From Methanoregula sp. (GTDB taxonomy: Archaea > Halobacteriota > Methanomicrobia > Methanomicrobiales > Methanospirillaceae), in NCBI GenBank assembly GCA_039698055.1, contig JBDKTL010000004.1, positions 1 to 19,196 of the forward strand: a DNA stretch of 19,196 nt, read 5' to 3'. Positions 1 to 8,206 of this stretch are shown piece after piece. The notes under the pieces are model-generated. The model saw only the letters and a program-made list of their open reading frames with translations, was not told the DNA's origin and made no database searches. The translations under genes and the position numbers were made by a program. Positions within the stretch are counted from its first letter, which is position 1. Each line of letters begins with the position of its first letter.

Positions 1-126
1 CAAGCCTCACATGAGTCTCAACTGGGATGAACCGTGTAACGTCTTCTGGTACAAATTGCCTCCGGAGAGGATTTTGGATTATGCGAAGAAATGGTTATAT
101 GTGTAAAATTAATTCGGGATTCCACA
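1..126 (+). mobile_element. Right end of an IS481-family insertion sequence (partial)
   Basis: Carries a transposase-like C-terminus and ends in ...TTCGGGATTCCACA (126). The reverse complement of 102-126 (TGTGGAATCCCGAATTAATTTTACA) matches 19072-19096 (TGTAGTATCCCGAAATCATTTGACA) at 20/25 positions. TGT...ACA termini are typical of IS481. Confidence 0.8.
2..106 (+). CDS. IS481-family transposase, C-terminal fragment (5' truncated by the window)
   Basis: Frame 2 reads KPHMSLNWDEPCNVFWYKLPPERILDYAKKWLYV*. KPHMSL fits the YN..(R/K)PH.SL end of the integrase core in IS481/IS3-like DDE transposases. The stop codon lies inside the terminal IR. Not in the ORF track. Confidence 0.75.
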   Translation, partial: KPHMSLNWDEPCNVFWYKLPPERILDYAKKWLYV

Positions 127-366
127 CATTTTTTTATCAATCTTATCGGGGTGAATAAAAGTTTCAGGGAATACCCGGACAGGACAAACAGAAGAACGAT
201 ATATCGATAAATCCCTCACGAGTCGATTCTCTCGTTCAAGTGGAATTTTAACAGCGCATTTTTTGTGTATTTCCACAAATCGGGTTAAAAAAATTCGCGA
301 ACAATCCTTTTTCTTATTATGCCTGAATAGACAAACGGGCAACAGGAATCATGATACCAATTCCGG

Positions 367-1614
367 TCATGTAATCTCCCCATTGAGAGCAGTTACATAC
401 TGAATTGAAGAAATCGCATGTTCAATAAGTTCTTCAATGCCAATCTTTTCCTCCGCCTCCTTTATCGGATCGAGAGTCGCTGCTGTTGTTGGCATCTTCG
501 GGACAGCCCGGCAGGCAAGATCGCCGGGATGCATCTCAAATGTTCCGATCCTCCGGGCAATCGTAATGATCTCCGATTTGTCGTAGGTAATGAGGGGCCG
601 GAGAATTGGTATAGCGACTACTTCTGATATAATCGCAAGATTGGCAAGTGTCTGGGACGCCACCTGACCAAGATTTTCCCCGGTGATCAGCGCATATGCA
701 TTTTCCGGTTCAAGCAATCGTGCGCCCACCCGCACCATGAACCGCTTGCAGAGCACACAGCGATATCGCGGTGCGACACGGCACCGTTGCACCGCTTCAT
801 AGAGCGGTTCACTGTCCGCGATAATCATCTGCATCGGGTATCCCGGACACCAGAGTGACAGCTTCCGCAGGTTTTCGATTGCCGCTTCCCGTACATCTGC
901 TCCGGCCCACCGGCCCCCGTCCATGTGCAGGTAAATTATTTCACAGCCACGTTTCATCGCGAGCCATGATGCAACCGGCGAATCGATACCACTTGAGAGC
1001 AATGCGATTACTCTTCCCTGTGTTCCCCATGGCAGGCCGCCCGGTGCAGGAATACGGGTATCATACACAAGCCCACCGAAATCTCGCATCTCGACAAAGA
1101 TCTCATAGTCCGGTGTTTCCAGATCCACTTTGAGACCGGAAATATGATCGTAGATGGCCGAACCAACATATGCACCCAGTTCCTGGCTGTTCATCCCCAC
1201 CTTGTTCTGCCGTTTTGCCCGCACGGCAAAACTCATGGGTGCCTGAAGGTGGATAGATGCAAGGCCAATTGCCTCCGCACACAGAGCGTCCGGTTCTGCA
1301 TCAGTCAGCGTGCAGACACTCACATCCACGACACCAAACACCCGTGCCGTGATTGCTGCGATCTTAACGGGGTCATCCCCATAGAGAAGGATGCGCCCCC
1401 GCGGTGTCTCTGTATGGTAGGTCAGGCCGGCAGCAGACAGCGCTTTTCCGATATTTCGCAACAGAAGACCAATAAAATGATACTTCACCGGTTCACTTTT
1501 CAGGAACAGCTCGCCATACCGCACCATAACGATTTTTTTTGCATTTGATTTCGGATACACGATTCCTACTGCCATACTCGTACCCAGATATTGAAGGTCA
1601 AGGAAGATAACCAT
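367..1614 (-). CDS. thiI: tRNA 4-thiouridine synthase ThiI, methanogen type without a rhodanese domain; start codon uncertain (1614/1575/1560/1527)
   Basis: N-terminal VRYGELFLKS, THUMP domain (SFAVRAKR...VDLETPD), PP-loop LLSSGIDSPVA, CxxC (CVLC) plus distal Cys (ACRAVP), TGENLGQVASQT and ILRPLITYDK motifs. Confidence 0.93.
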   Translation of the reverse strand: MVIFLDLQYLGTSMAVGIVYPKSNAKKIVMVRYGELFLKSEPVKYHFIGLLLRNIGKALSAAGLTYHTETPRGRILLYGDDPVKIAAITARVFGVVDVSVCTLTDAEPDALCAEAIGLASIHLQAPMSFAVRAKRQNKVGMNSQELGAYVGSAIYDHISGLKVDLETPDYEIFVEMRDFGGLVYDTRIPAPGGLPWGTQGRVIALLSSGIDSPVASWLAMKRGCEIIYLHMDGGRWAGADVREAAIENLRKLSLWCPGYPMQMIIADSEPLYEAVQRCRVAPRYRCVLCKRFMVRVGARLLEPENAYALITGENLGQVASQTLANLAIISEVVAIPILRPLITYDKSEIITIARRIGTFEMHPGDLACRAVPKMPTTAATLDPIKEAEEKIGIEELIEHAISSIQYVTALNGEIT

Positions 1615-1720
1615 TGGTGGCTAGGGAGGTTTTCTTATAATAAAACAAGTCATGATTATGAAAATGTACCAGGCCGGAACAACGAAATCCTTTAATCAGG
1701 GGAAGGAATAGTGTACTGAA

Positions 1721-2350
1721 ATGGCGAAAAAGGCAAGTAAACAAACCGAAGAACCGCTCAAATTATTCTATATTTTTTATAATGAAGAACGCTGGATCAA
1801 CTGGCTGCATTCACTGAGCGAAGCAAGTTTTGAGTTCGATGAAAAAAGCGAAGAAATGCCGGAAGGGTTTCGGATTCTTGACGCGTTCAGTGTTGATATC
1901 ACGCTGTCCGTGCTCAAGATCGTCAAACTCTACCAGAACAAACGCTTCAGTAGTGAAGAGGCACTTGTGCAACTGGGAAAGGTCGAAGCAATTGTCATGT
2001 CCGCTGCACCTGAAGGCGATCTTGAGGAGATGGTCGAGATTCTCCAGCTCCCCAAAGTTGCATTGTTTGCTGCCTGCCGGAAATACCTTAGCGGGACATT
2101 TGACAAGGATATCAAAACTCTCGTGAAAAAAGGCAGGGATCTTATCGAAAAAGACATGGAAGGCGCACTTGATACAGCTGCAAATATTGGCGCGAGCGTG
2201 ATCGACGGCGCTGCCTGTTGCGGGAAATACGTCAAAGACGATCTTGAGAATCCGACCCTGTTTGATGAATGGCTTATTGAGTGCGAGCGGATGCACGAGG
2301 CAATGGGATCGCTCAAAGACTTTGACGAGTCAACCGGAGAAGACGATTGA
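1721..2350 (+). CDS. Conserved euryarchaeal protein, probably DUF2150 family
   Basis: 209 aa acidic helical protein with an FYNEERWINW motif recalled from DUF2150. Divergent from thiI and coupled to the next ORF by a TTGA overlap. Confidence 0.65.
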   Translation: MAKKASKQTEEPLKLFYIFYNEERWINWLHSLSEASFEFDEKSEEMPEGFRILDAFSVDITLSVLKIVKLYQNKRFSSEEALVQLGKVEAIVMSAAPEGDLEEMVEILQLPKVALFAACRKYLSGTFDKDIKTLVKKGRDLIEKDMEGALDTAANIGASVIDGAACCGKYVKDDLENPTLFDEWLIECERMHEAMGSLKDFDESTGEDD

Positions 2351-2799
2351 TCGCGAACCGGGCACGATTCCGTCACGCAAAAAAGATTGAACGGCTTGCA
2401 GGTTACCGGGTTCCGGATCTTGCCTTTCATCCGGCAATGCTCGAAACCATCACTGCCCGGTTTAATTACGATGCACTCGATTTTGCCATTCGTCAGCAGT
2501 TGCTTAACTTTTTTAATGATTTTCTTCGCTGTAAATGCAAGAATTCTCCTCTGTGCGGGTGCCCGGAAAAGAAGTTTGCAAAAAAAGTTATCGAACTGCG
2601 TGAGAACGGGCTTGACCACCGGCAGATTTCTGCCGCACTGTCAGATGAGTATGGGATCGAGATTTTTCCTGCGGATGTACTGTCATTTTTGGAGGATTCT
2701 GTCCATGTCCTTGAAGCGATATCGGATGTTTCGCGATTACAGGGACGACAGGATCTATCCGAAAAGACCGATGAACATATCCGGCTGATCGAACGGTAA
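2347..2799 (+). CDS. Probable DUF5814-domain protein (stand-alone Cys-rich domain resembling the C-terminus of methanogen DEAD/DEAH helicases)
   Basis: CKCKNSPLCGCPE Cys cluster followed by IELRENGLDHRQI...YGIEIFPADVLSFLE. The TTG start overlaps the upstream TGA, and a T-tract follows the stop. Confidence 0.6.
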   Translation: MIANRARFRHAKKIERLAGYRVPDLAFHPAMLETITARFNYDALDFAIRQQLLNFFNDFLRCKCKNSPLCGCPEKKFAKKVIELRENGLDHRQISAALSDEYGIEIFPADVLSFLEDSVHVLEAISDVSRLQGRQDLSEKTDEHIRLIER

Positions 2800-2955
2800 T
2801 TTTTTATCCGTGCATGAAAATGGTTCTTCAGGAAAAGAATCATATCCGGGTTTTGCCCGTATGTTTTTTTATACCGGGCTCGTGATGACAGCACCAAAAA
2901 ACCGTATCAATTCCATGTTATTTTAATAGATATACACTCCAGTTAATCAACAATC

Positions 2956-3144
2956 ATGTCCTTCTTCGCAGCAATTGTCGAAGCTGTTGCTGCGCTGTTT
3001 CTTATTGGGGTATGTGCATTCCTGCTCGTGCCGATGTATGGTGAAATAACCGGGCTGGATGTGTCCGGCTATATCCTGATGCTGGCCATCCTCGCGTTTA
3101 TCATTGTCATTGGATTTATTGCAATTATCCTGAAAAAGTTTTGA
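2956..3144 (+). CDS. Small two-helix membrane protein, function unknown
   Basis: 62 aa with two long hydrophobic segments and a basic C-terminus (KKF). An AT-rich TATA-like element (TTTTAATA, about 2921-2928) lies just upstream. Confidence 0.65.
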   Translation: MSFFAAIVEAVAALFLIGVCAFLLVPMYGEITGLDVSGYILMLAILAFIIVIGFIAIILKKF

Positions 3145-3474
3145 TGCGTGAAAAATTATTCAACATTTCGTCCCATCGGTTTTTAAAATATACATCCACT
3201 TTCTATCAAAAAAATTTCAGGAGATTGCATTTGTTGCGGTATGACGAGCCAGTCACTTCTGATAATGGTCTCTGTTAAAATCATTACATCGTCCAGGGAA
3301 AAAAATATTCCTAAAAAGGCGGGCATTGAAAATTTTTATTGCGTGTATAATAAAATGAAAAAATAATATTTTTTTCGGTCAATTCCTAAAAATTAATACT
3401 GTAAAAAAATTCTTAATTTATATCGATTCTATCCATCCTTTGAGTTATTTTTAGGTAAAAGCGAAGTTCCAGCA

Positions 3475-3482
3475 TTTATATA
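3475..3482 (+). promoter_or_regulatory. Putative TATA box for the tsaA-like gene
   Basis: TTTATATA about 45 nt upstream of the ATG at 3526. Confidence 0.45.
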
Positions 3483-3525
3483 AACACATAAGAATTTCTT
3501 TTAGGGTATACGATGATTTTCTAAT

Positions 3526-4059
3526 ATGCAGGAACCAGAAAAAATCCCGGATTTATACCAATTTGTGCCGATAGGTATCATCCATTCCCCGTTTTCTGAA
3601 CCTGCCGGTATGCCCATCCAGCCGGCCGGGGCATCGGGTGTGCAAGGCAGGATTGTCCTTGATCCGGAATTCCAGGATGGACTTAAGGATCTAACCGGAT
3701 TTTCCCGGATTATTCTTATCTACATCTTCCACCGGTCAAATGGCTACAACCTTAACATAATGCCATTTCTCGATACAGTGCAGCACGGTGTTTTTGCCAC
3801 GCGGGCTCCCCGCAGGCCAAATGCTATCGGAATCTCGATAGTACGACTTGTTGCGATTCACGGCTGCGAGCTGATCATTGAGGACGTTGATATTCTTGAT
3901 GGTACACCGCTTCTGGATATCAAACCCTATGTCCCGGCATTTGATGCATATCCTGAAGAAAAAGCCGGATGGTTTGACAACAGTGGCGATACAGTAACCG
4001 GTGTCCGTTCAGATAACCGGTTTTGTGAAAAAAATGGCCATGTGAGAAAGGATCGATAG
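3526..4059 (+). CDS. tsaA: TsaA/TrmO (YaeB/AF0241) family SAM-binding protein, putative tRNA t6A37 N6-methyltransferase
   Basis: PIGIIHSPF, GLKDLTGFSRIILIYIFH, GVFATRAPRRPNAIGISIV and DILDGTPLLDIKPYVP motifs. Confidence 0.88.
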   Translation: MQEPEKIPDLYQFVPIGIIHSPFSEPAGMPIQPAGASGVQGRIVLDPEFQDGLKDLTGFSRIILIYIFHRSNGYNLNIMPFLDTVQHGVFATRAPRRPNAIGISIVRLVAIHGCELIIEDVDILDGTPLLDIKPYVPAFDAYPEEKAGWFDNSGDTVTGVRSDNRFCEKNGHVRKDR

Positions 4060-4481
4060 CGATTCAATCTTTAGCTGATTAGAGTGCTAAGGTTTCTCAT
4101 GATGGTTGCAATGAGGGTGCGAAACCAGTTGGTGACAATTATCGTTCCTGCAGTTAACCAGGATATTAAAAAAGCCCAAATGAAAAAATTTGGAAACATG
4201 CCTCAAACACTTTTTAATACAACAATACATAGTGCTTCAGGCTCGTCAAACTTTATCAGTTCCTGTCGCCTTTTTTATGAAAAAATCCCTTTTCATCTTC
4301 ACCGTTTCTGGTTTTTACCAGCAATATGAAACTATCAAAAATACTCCGCCATAATCGTACGGATACAGATCCTGTATGAATAAGAAAATCAACAGTAATC
4401 GGTCATTATATAGAAAATCTCCTGATTCCAGACATTTTGAACAATAAATTTATTTTTTACATGATTGATCGTTATCTTGTA

Positions 4482-4495
4482 GGAAGGAATATTCC
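4482..4495. promoter_or_regulatory. NrpR-type nitrogen operator GGAA-N6-TTCC
   Basis: GGAA-GGAATA-TTCC is an exact match to the euryarchaeal NrpR consensus, with symmetric A/T flanks, upstream of a nif operon. Confidence 0.75.
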
Positions 4496-4505
4496 TGCCA
4501 TCTAA

Positions 4506-4513
4506 TATAAATA
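4506..4513 (+). promoter_or_regulatory. Putative TATA box of the nif operon
   Basis: TATAAATA lies 10 nt downstream of the operator and about 45 nt upstream of the ATG at 4557, implying a start site near 4535. Confidence 0.55.
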
Positions 4514-4556
4514 TTTGCAAAAACAACGATAGTATGTAATAAAAATGGAGAATGAA

Positions 4557-4838
4557 ATGCGACAAAATGCAGCGTATGATAGGGATGATCCTGGTCCAAC
4601 TGCGATAATCCCTCGTAAAGCGGGCACAGCAGGAACAGGATTTTCCCGTTTCCCGTCAGCCTGCAAGGATCGGATGGCAGACACCAAGTGCTTACTCACG
4701 GGCGGAATGACATGGGCAACCGCAACCGGAAAAAACGGTTTAGCGGAAACCGGCGGTCCCGAACCGGGAAATGAGTTTAGGGGACGCCCAAAAAACAGAG
4801 AAGTTCAGAACAATCTGGCACATCCCGGTTGTTTTTAA
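4557..4838 (+). CDS. Degenerate, truncated NifH homologue (mini-NifH, 93 aa); functional pseudoenzyme or pseudogene
   Basis: Colinear with NifH residues 1 to about 112: MRQNAAYDRDDPG vs [13 protein letters not shown]; ACKDRMADTKCLLTGGM vs [16 protein letters not shown]; AETGGPEPGNEFRGR vs [15 protein letters not shown]; NNLAHPGCF vs [16 protein letters not shown] at 4547-4550 and an open frame throughout. Confidence 0.65.
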   Translation: MRQNAAYDRDDPGPTAIIPRKAGTAGTGFSRFPSACKDRMADTKCLLTGGMTWATATGKNGLAETGGPEPGNEFRGRPKNREVQNNLAHPGCF

Positions 4839-4895
4839 GAGCCCCGTACAAAAGAGCACTCCGGAAAAACTTGCATGTTAAAGGACGAAAAATAG

Positions 4896-5765
<870 letters not shown>

Positions 5766-5801
5766 CATCAGGAAAATTAAGAATCAAAAAACGACGGAAG
5801 T

Positions 5802-6134
5802 GTGAAAGTGTTACTGATAAGAGCCATTGTACGACCGGAAAAGAAAGATGACGTGCTGCACGAACTGTCTGGAGCGGGATTCAATGCCGCCACGATGGTG
5901 GACGTAGTAGGCCGGGGGAAACAGAAAGGAATTAAAATCGGGGGGATGGTCTATGATGAAATCCCAAAGATCCTGATCCTTGTGGTCATACCGGATGAGG
6001 AGAAAGACAAAGTCATAAAAATTATCCTCTCGACTGCCCGGACCGGAAATGAAGGTACATTTGGGGATGGCAAAATCTTTGTCAGCCCGGTTGAGGAAGC
6101 TTACACCATCTCAAAAAATGCCCAGGGATTGTGA
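5802..6134 (+). CDS. nifI1: PII-family nitrogenase regulator NifI1 (GTG start at 5802 or 5808)
   Basis: IRAIVRPEK, VVGRGKQKG, YDEIPK and TGNEGTFGDGKIFV motifs; first of two PII genes between nifH and nifD. Confidence 0.95.
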   Translation: MKVLLIRAIVRPEKKDDVLHELSGAGFNAATMVDVVGRGKQKGIKIGGMVYDEIPKILILVVIPDEEKDKVIKIILSTARTGNEGTFGDGKIFVSPVEEAYTISKNAQGL

Positions 6135-6146
6135 GGAGGGAGACCG

Positions 6147-6566
6147 TTGAAAGAGATCATGGCAATTGTCCGGATGAAAAAAACCGGAGCCACCAAAAAA
6201 GCCCTTGTTGCAGCTGGCGTAGCCGGTTTCACGGCAATCAAAGTCCTTGGCCGGGGAAAACTGGTCACTGACCCACAGGAACTGGAGAAATGCAAAGCGA
6301 AACTCCTCGGGATGGGCCTCGATGAATTCAGCGATTCCGGGGATACCGAGAAGCTGGTCACGAGTTTTCTTGACGGCTCACGGTTCTTTCCCCGTCGCCT
6401 CTTCACCATTCTTGCCCATGATGAAGACGTTCCCCGCATCATCGAAGCGATTACAAATGTGAACCGGACTGACTACGGTATTGGCGATGGAACCATCTTT
6501 GTCCTGCCAATAACCGATGCAGTCCGTGTTCGCACGGGAGAGGCCGGAGAGGCCGCTATCTGGTAA
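6147..6566 (+). CDS. nifI2: PII-family nitrogenase regulator NifI2
   Basis: MKEIMAIVRM, VLGRGK, extended T-loop, GDGTIFVLP and VRVRTGEAGEAAI motifs. TTG start with a GAGGAGG RBS. Confidence 0.95.
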   Translation: MKEIMAIVRMKKTGATKKALVAAGVAGFTAIKVLGRGKLVTDPQELEKCKAKLLGMGLDEFSDSGDTEKLVTSFLDGSRFFPRRLFTILAHDEDVPRIIEAITNVNRTDYGIGDGTIFVLPITDAVRVRTGEAGEAAIW

Positions 6567-6580
6567 GGAGGAATCAGCGT

Positions 6581-8206
6581 ATGGCAGAAACTGATGTGTT
6601 CATAGAAGAGATGCTTGATCCCTACCCTGAAACAGTGAAGAAAAACCGGAAAAAACATCTCGTTGTTAAAAATGAGGCCGCCGGGTGCTGCCCCACAATT
6701 GAGGCAAACACCCGGACCATCCCCGGTATTATTTCGCAGCGCGGTTGTGCATATGCCGGCTGTAAAGGTGTCGTTATCGGGCCAATCAAAGATATGATTA
6801 CTATCACCCACGGCCCGGTCGGCTGCGGATACTACAGCTGGGGAACCCGGCGCAACAAAGCCCGGGCCGATGAAACCACGCCAAAAGACAAGATCTACTC
6901 CCATCTGTGCTTCACCACCGATATGCAGGAGCCCGATATTGTCTTTGGCGGAGAAAAAAAACTTGCAAAAATGATTGACGAGGTTGTCGCTGCATTTCAT
7001 CCCCGGGCTATCAACATCTGCGCCACGTGTCCGGTCGGCCTGATAGGTGACGACATCAATGCAGTGGCAAAAGCTGCTGAGGAACGCCACGGCATCCAGG
7101 TACTTGCGTACAACTGCGAGGGCTACAAAGGCGTCAGCCAGTCAGCAGGCCATCACATCGCCAACAACATCATCATGGAGAAGATTATCGGAACCGGCAC
7201 GGAACGCAAACCCGGCAAACATGTCATCAATCTTCTCGGTGAATACAACATCGGGGGCGACGGCTGGGAACTGGAGAGATTCCTTTCCGAGATTGGGTAC
7301 ACAATCAACAGCATACTTACGGGTGATTCGAGTTACCTCAACATTAAAAACCTCCACCTTGCGGATCTCAACCTTGTCCAGTGCCACCGGTCGATCAACT
7401 ACATCGCTGAGATGATGGAAACCAAGTACGGTACCCCGTGGCTGAAAGTCAATTTCATCGGGATCGATGCGACAAACCAGTCGCTCCGGCAGATTGCCCG
7501 GTGTTTCAATGATCCGGAACTGGAGAAACAGACCGAACTCGTTATTGCCCGTGAGACGGCTCGCATAGCACCCGTAATGGAGCATTACCGGAAGATCTGC
7601 CAGGGCAAAACCGCGTTTGCCTTTGTCGGGGGATCCAGAAGCCACCACTACCAGTACCTCCTCAGGGATCTCGGCATGGAAGTGGTCGTTGCCGGATATG
7701 AATTCGCTCACCGCGATGATTATGAAGGCCGCCAGGTCATTCCCACGATCAAACCGGACGCAGATTCCAAAAATATTCCCGAACTCCATCTTTCAGCCGA
7801 TGAAAAACTTTACCGGCAGGCCTACGAACACCTCAATATCCCAAAGGAATGTTACGACGCACTCAAAAAAGAGATCCCGCTTAGCTATTACGAAGGGATG
7901 TACCCGGATATGAAAGAGGGAAAGGTCATGATTGATGATTGTAACCATCACGAGATCGAAGAACTTGTCGCACGGTTCAAACCTGACCTGATCTTCTCGG
8001 GTGTCCGCGATAAGTATATTGCCCACAAACTCGGGGTCGCATCAAAACAACTGCATTCGTATGACTACAGCGGACCCTATGCCGGGTATAACGGTGCCGT
8101 GAAATTTGCCGAGGACGTGGCAAATGCGCTCATGACACCAGCCTGGAACCTGATTATCCCCCCGTGGGAGAAAAACGGGGATACCGGAAGTGAGAAACAT
8201 GCTTGA
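6581..8206 (+). CDS. nifD: Nitrogenase MoFe protein alpha chain
   Basis: P-cluster Cys motifs RGCAYAGC, HGPVGC and ATCPVG; FeMo-co ligands LVQCHRS (Cys275 equivalent) and QLHSYDY (His442 equivalent); SQSAGHH; YEFAHRDDYEGR followed by the insertion seen in clostridial/Methanosarcina-type NifD. Confidence 0.97.
   Translation: MAETDVFIEEMLDPYPETVKKNRKKHLVVKNEAAGCCPTIEANTRTIPGIISQRGCAYAGCKGVVIGPIKDMITITHGPVGCGYYSWGTRRNKARADETTPKDKIYSHLCFTTDMQEPDIVFGGEKKLAKMIDEVVAAFHPRAINICATCPVGLIGDDINAVAKAAEERHGIQVLAYNCEGYKGVSQSAGHHIANNIIMEKIIGTGTERKPGKHVINLLGEYNIGGDGWELERFLSEIGYTINSILTGDSSYLNIKNLHLADLNLVQCHRSINYIAEMMETKYGTPWLKVNFIGIDATNQSLRQIARCFNDPELEKQTELVIARETARIAPVMEHYRKICQGKTAFAFVGGSRSHHYQYLLRDLGMEVVVAGYEFAHRDDYEGRQVIPTIKPDADSKNIPELHLSADEKLYRQAYEHLNIPKECYDALKKEIPLSYYEGMYPDMKEGKVMIDDCNHHEIEELVARFKPDLIFSGVRDKYIAHKLGVASKQLHSYDYSGPYAGYNGAVKFAEDVANALMTPAWNLIIPPWEKNGDTGSEKHA

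Noticed and set aside
143-190. GGGGTGAAT...AGGG...CCCG resembling part of the c-di-AMP (ydaO) riboswitch; similar fragments at 4610-4660
   Set aside because: The other conserved blocks are missing or in the wrong order.
1527-1614. Possible frameshift in the A8 tract of thiI (an out-of-frame ATG would give MQKKIVMVRYGE with one more A)
   Set aside because: The frame is open through the tract and several in-frame starts exist, so no slippage or error is needed. Only the start codon is uncertain.
3297-3311. GGAA-N7-TTCC here and at 4632-4646 as additional NrpR operators
   Set aside because: The spacer is 7 nt rather than the canonical 6, so these could be weak sites at best.
4084-4329. 81-aa ORF and small hairpin (GGTTTC...GAAACC) downstream of tsaA, considered as a gene or a Moco-type RNA
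   Set aside because: No RBS or recognisable motif, AT-rich composition, and the conserved Moco riboswitch elements are absent.
4839-4895. In-frame continuation after the mini-NifH stop (EPRTKEHSGKTCMLKDEK*) as a remnant of Nif[11 protein letters not shown] or a readthrough product
   Set aside because: Only a G and a C loosely match with the wrong spacing, and the stop is TAA, which is not a recoded codon.
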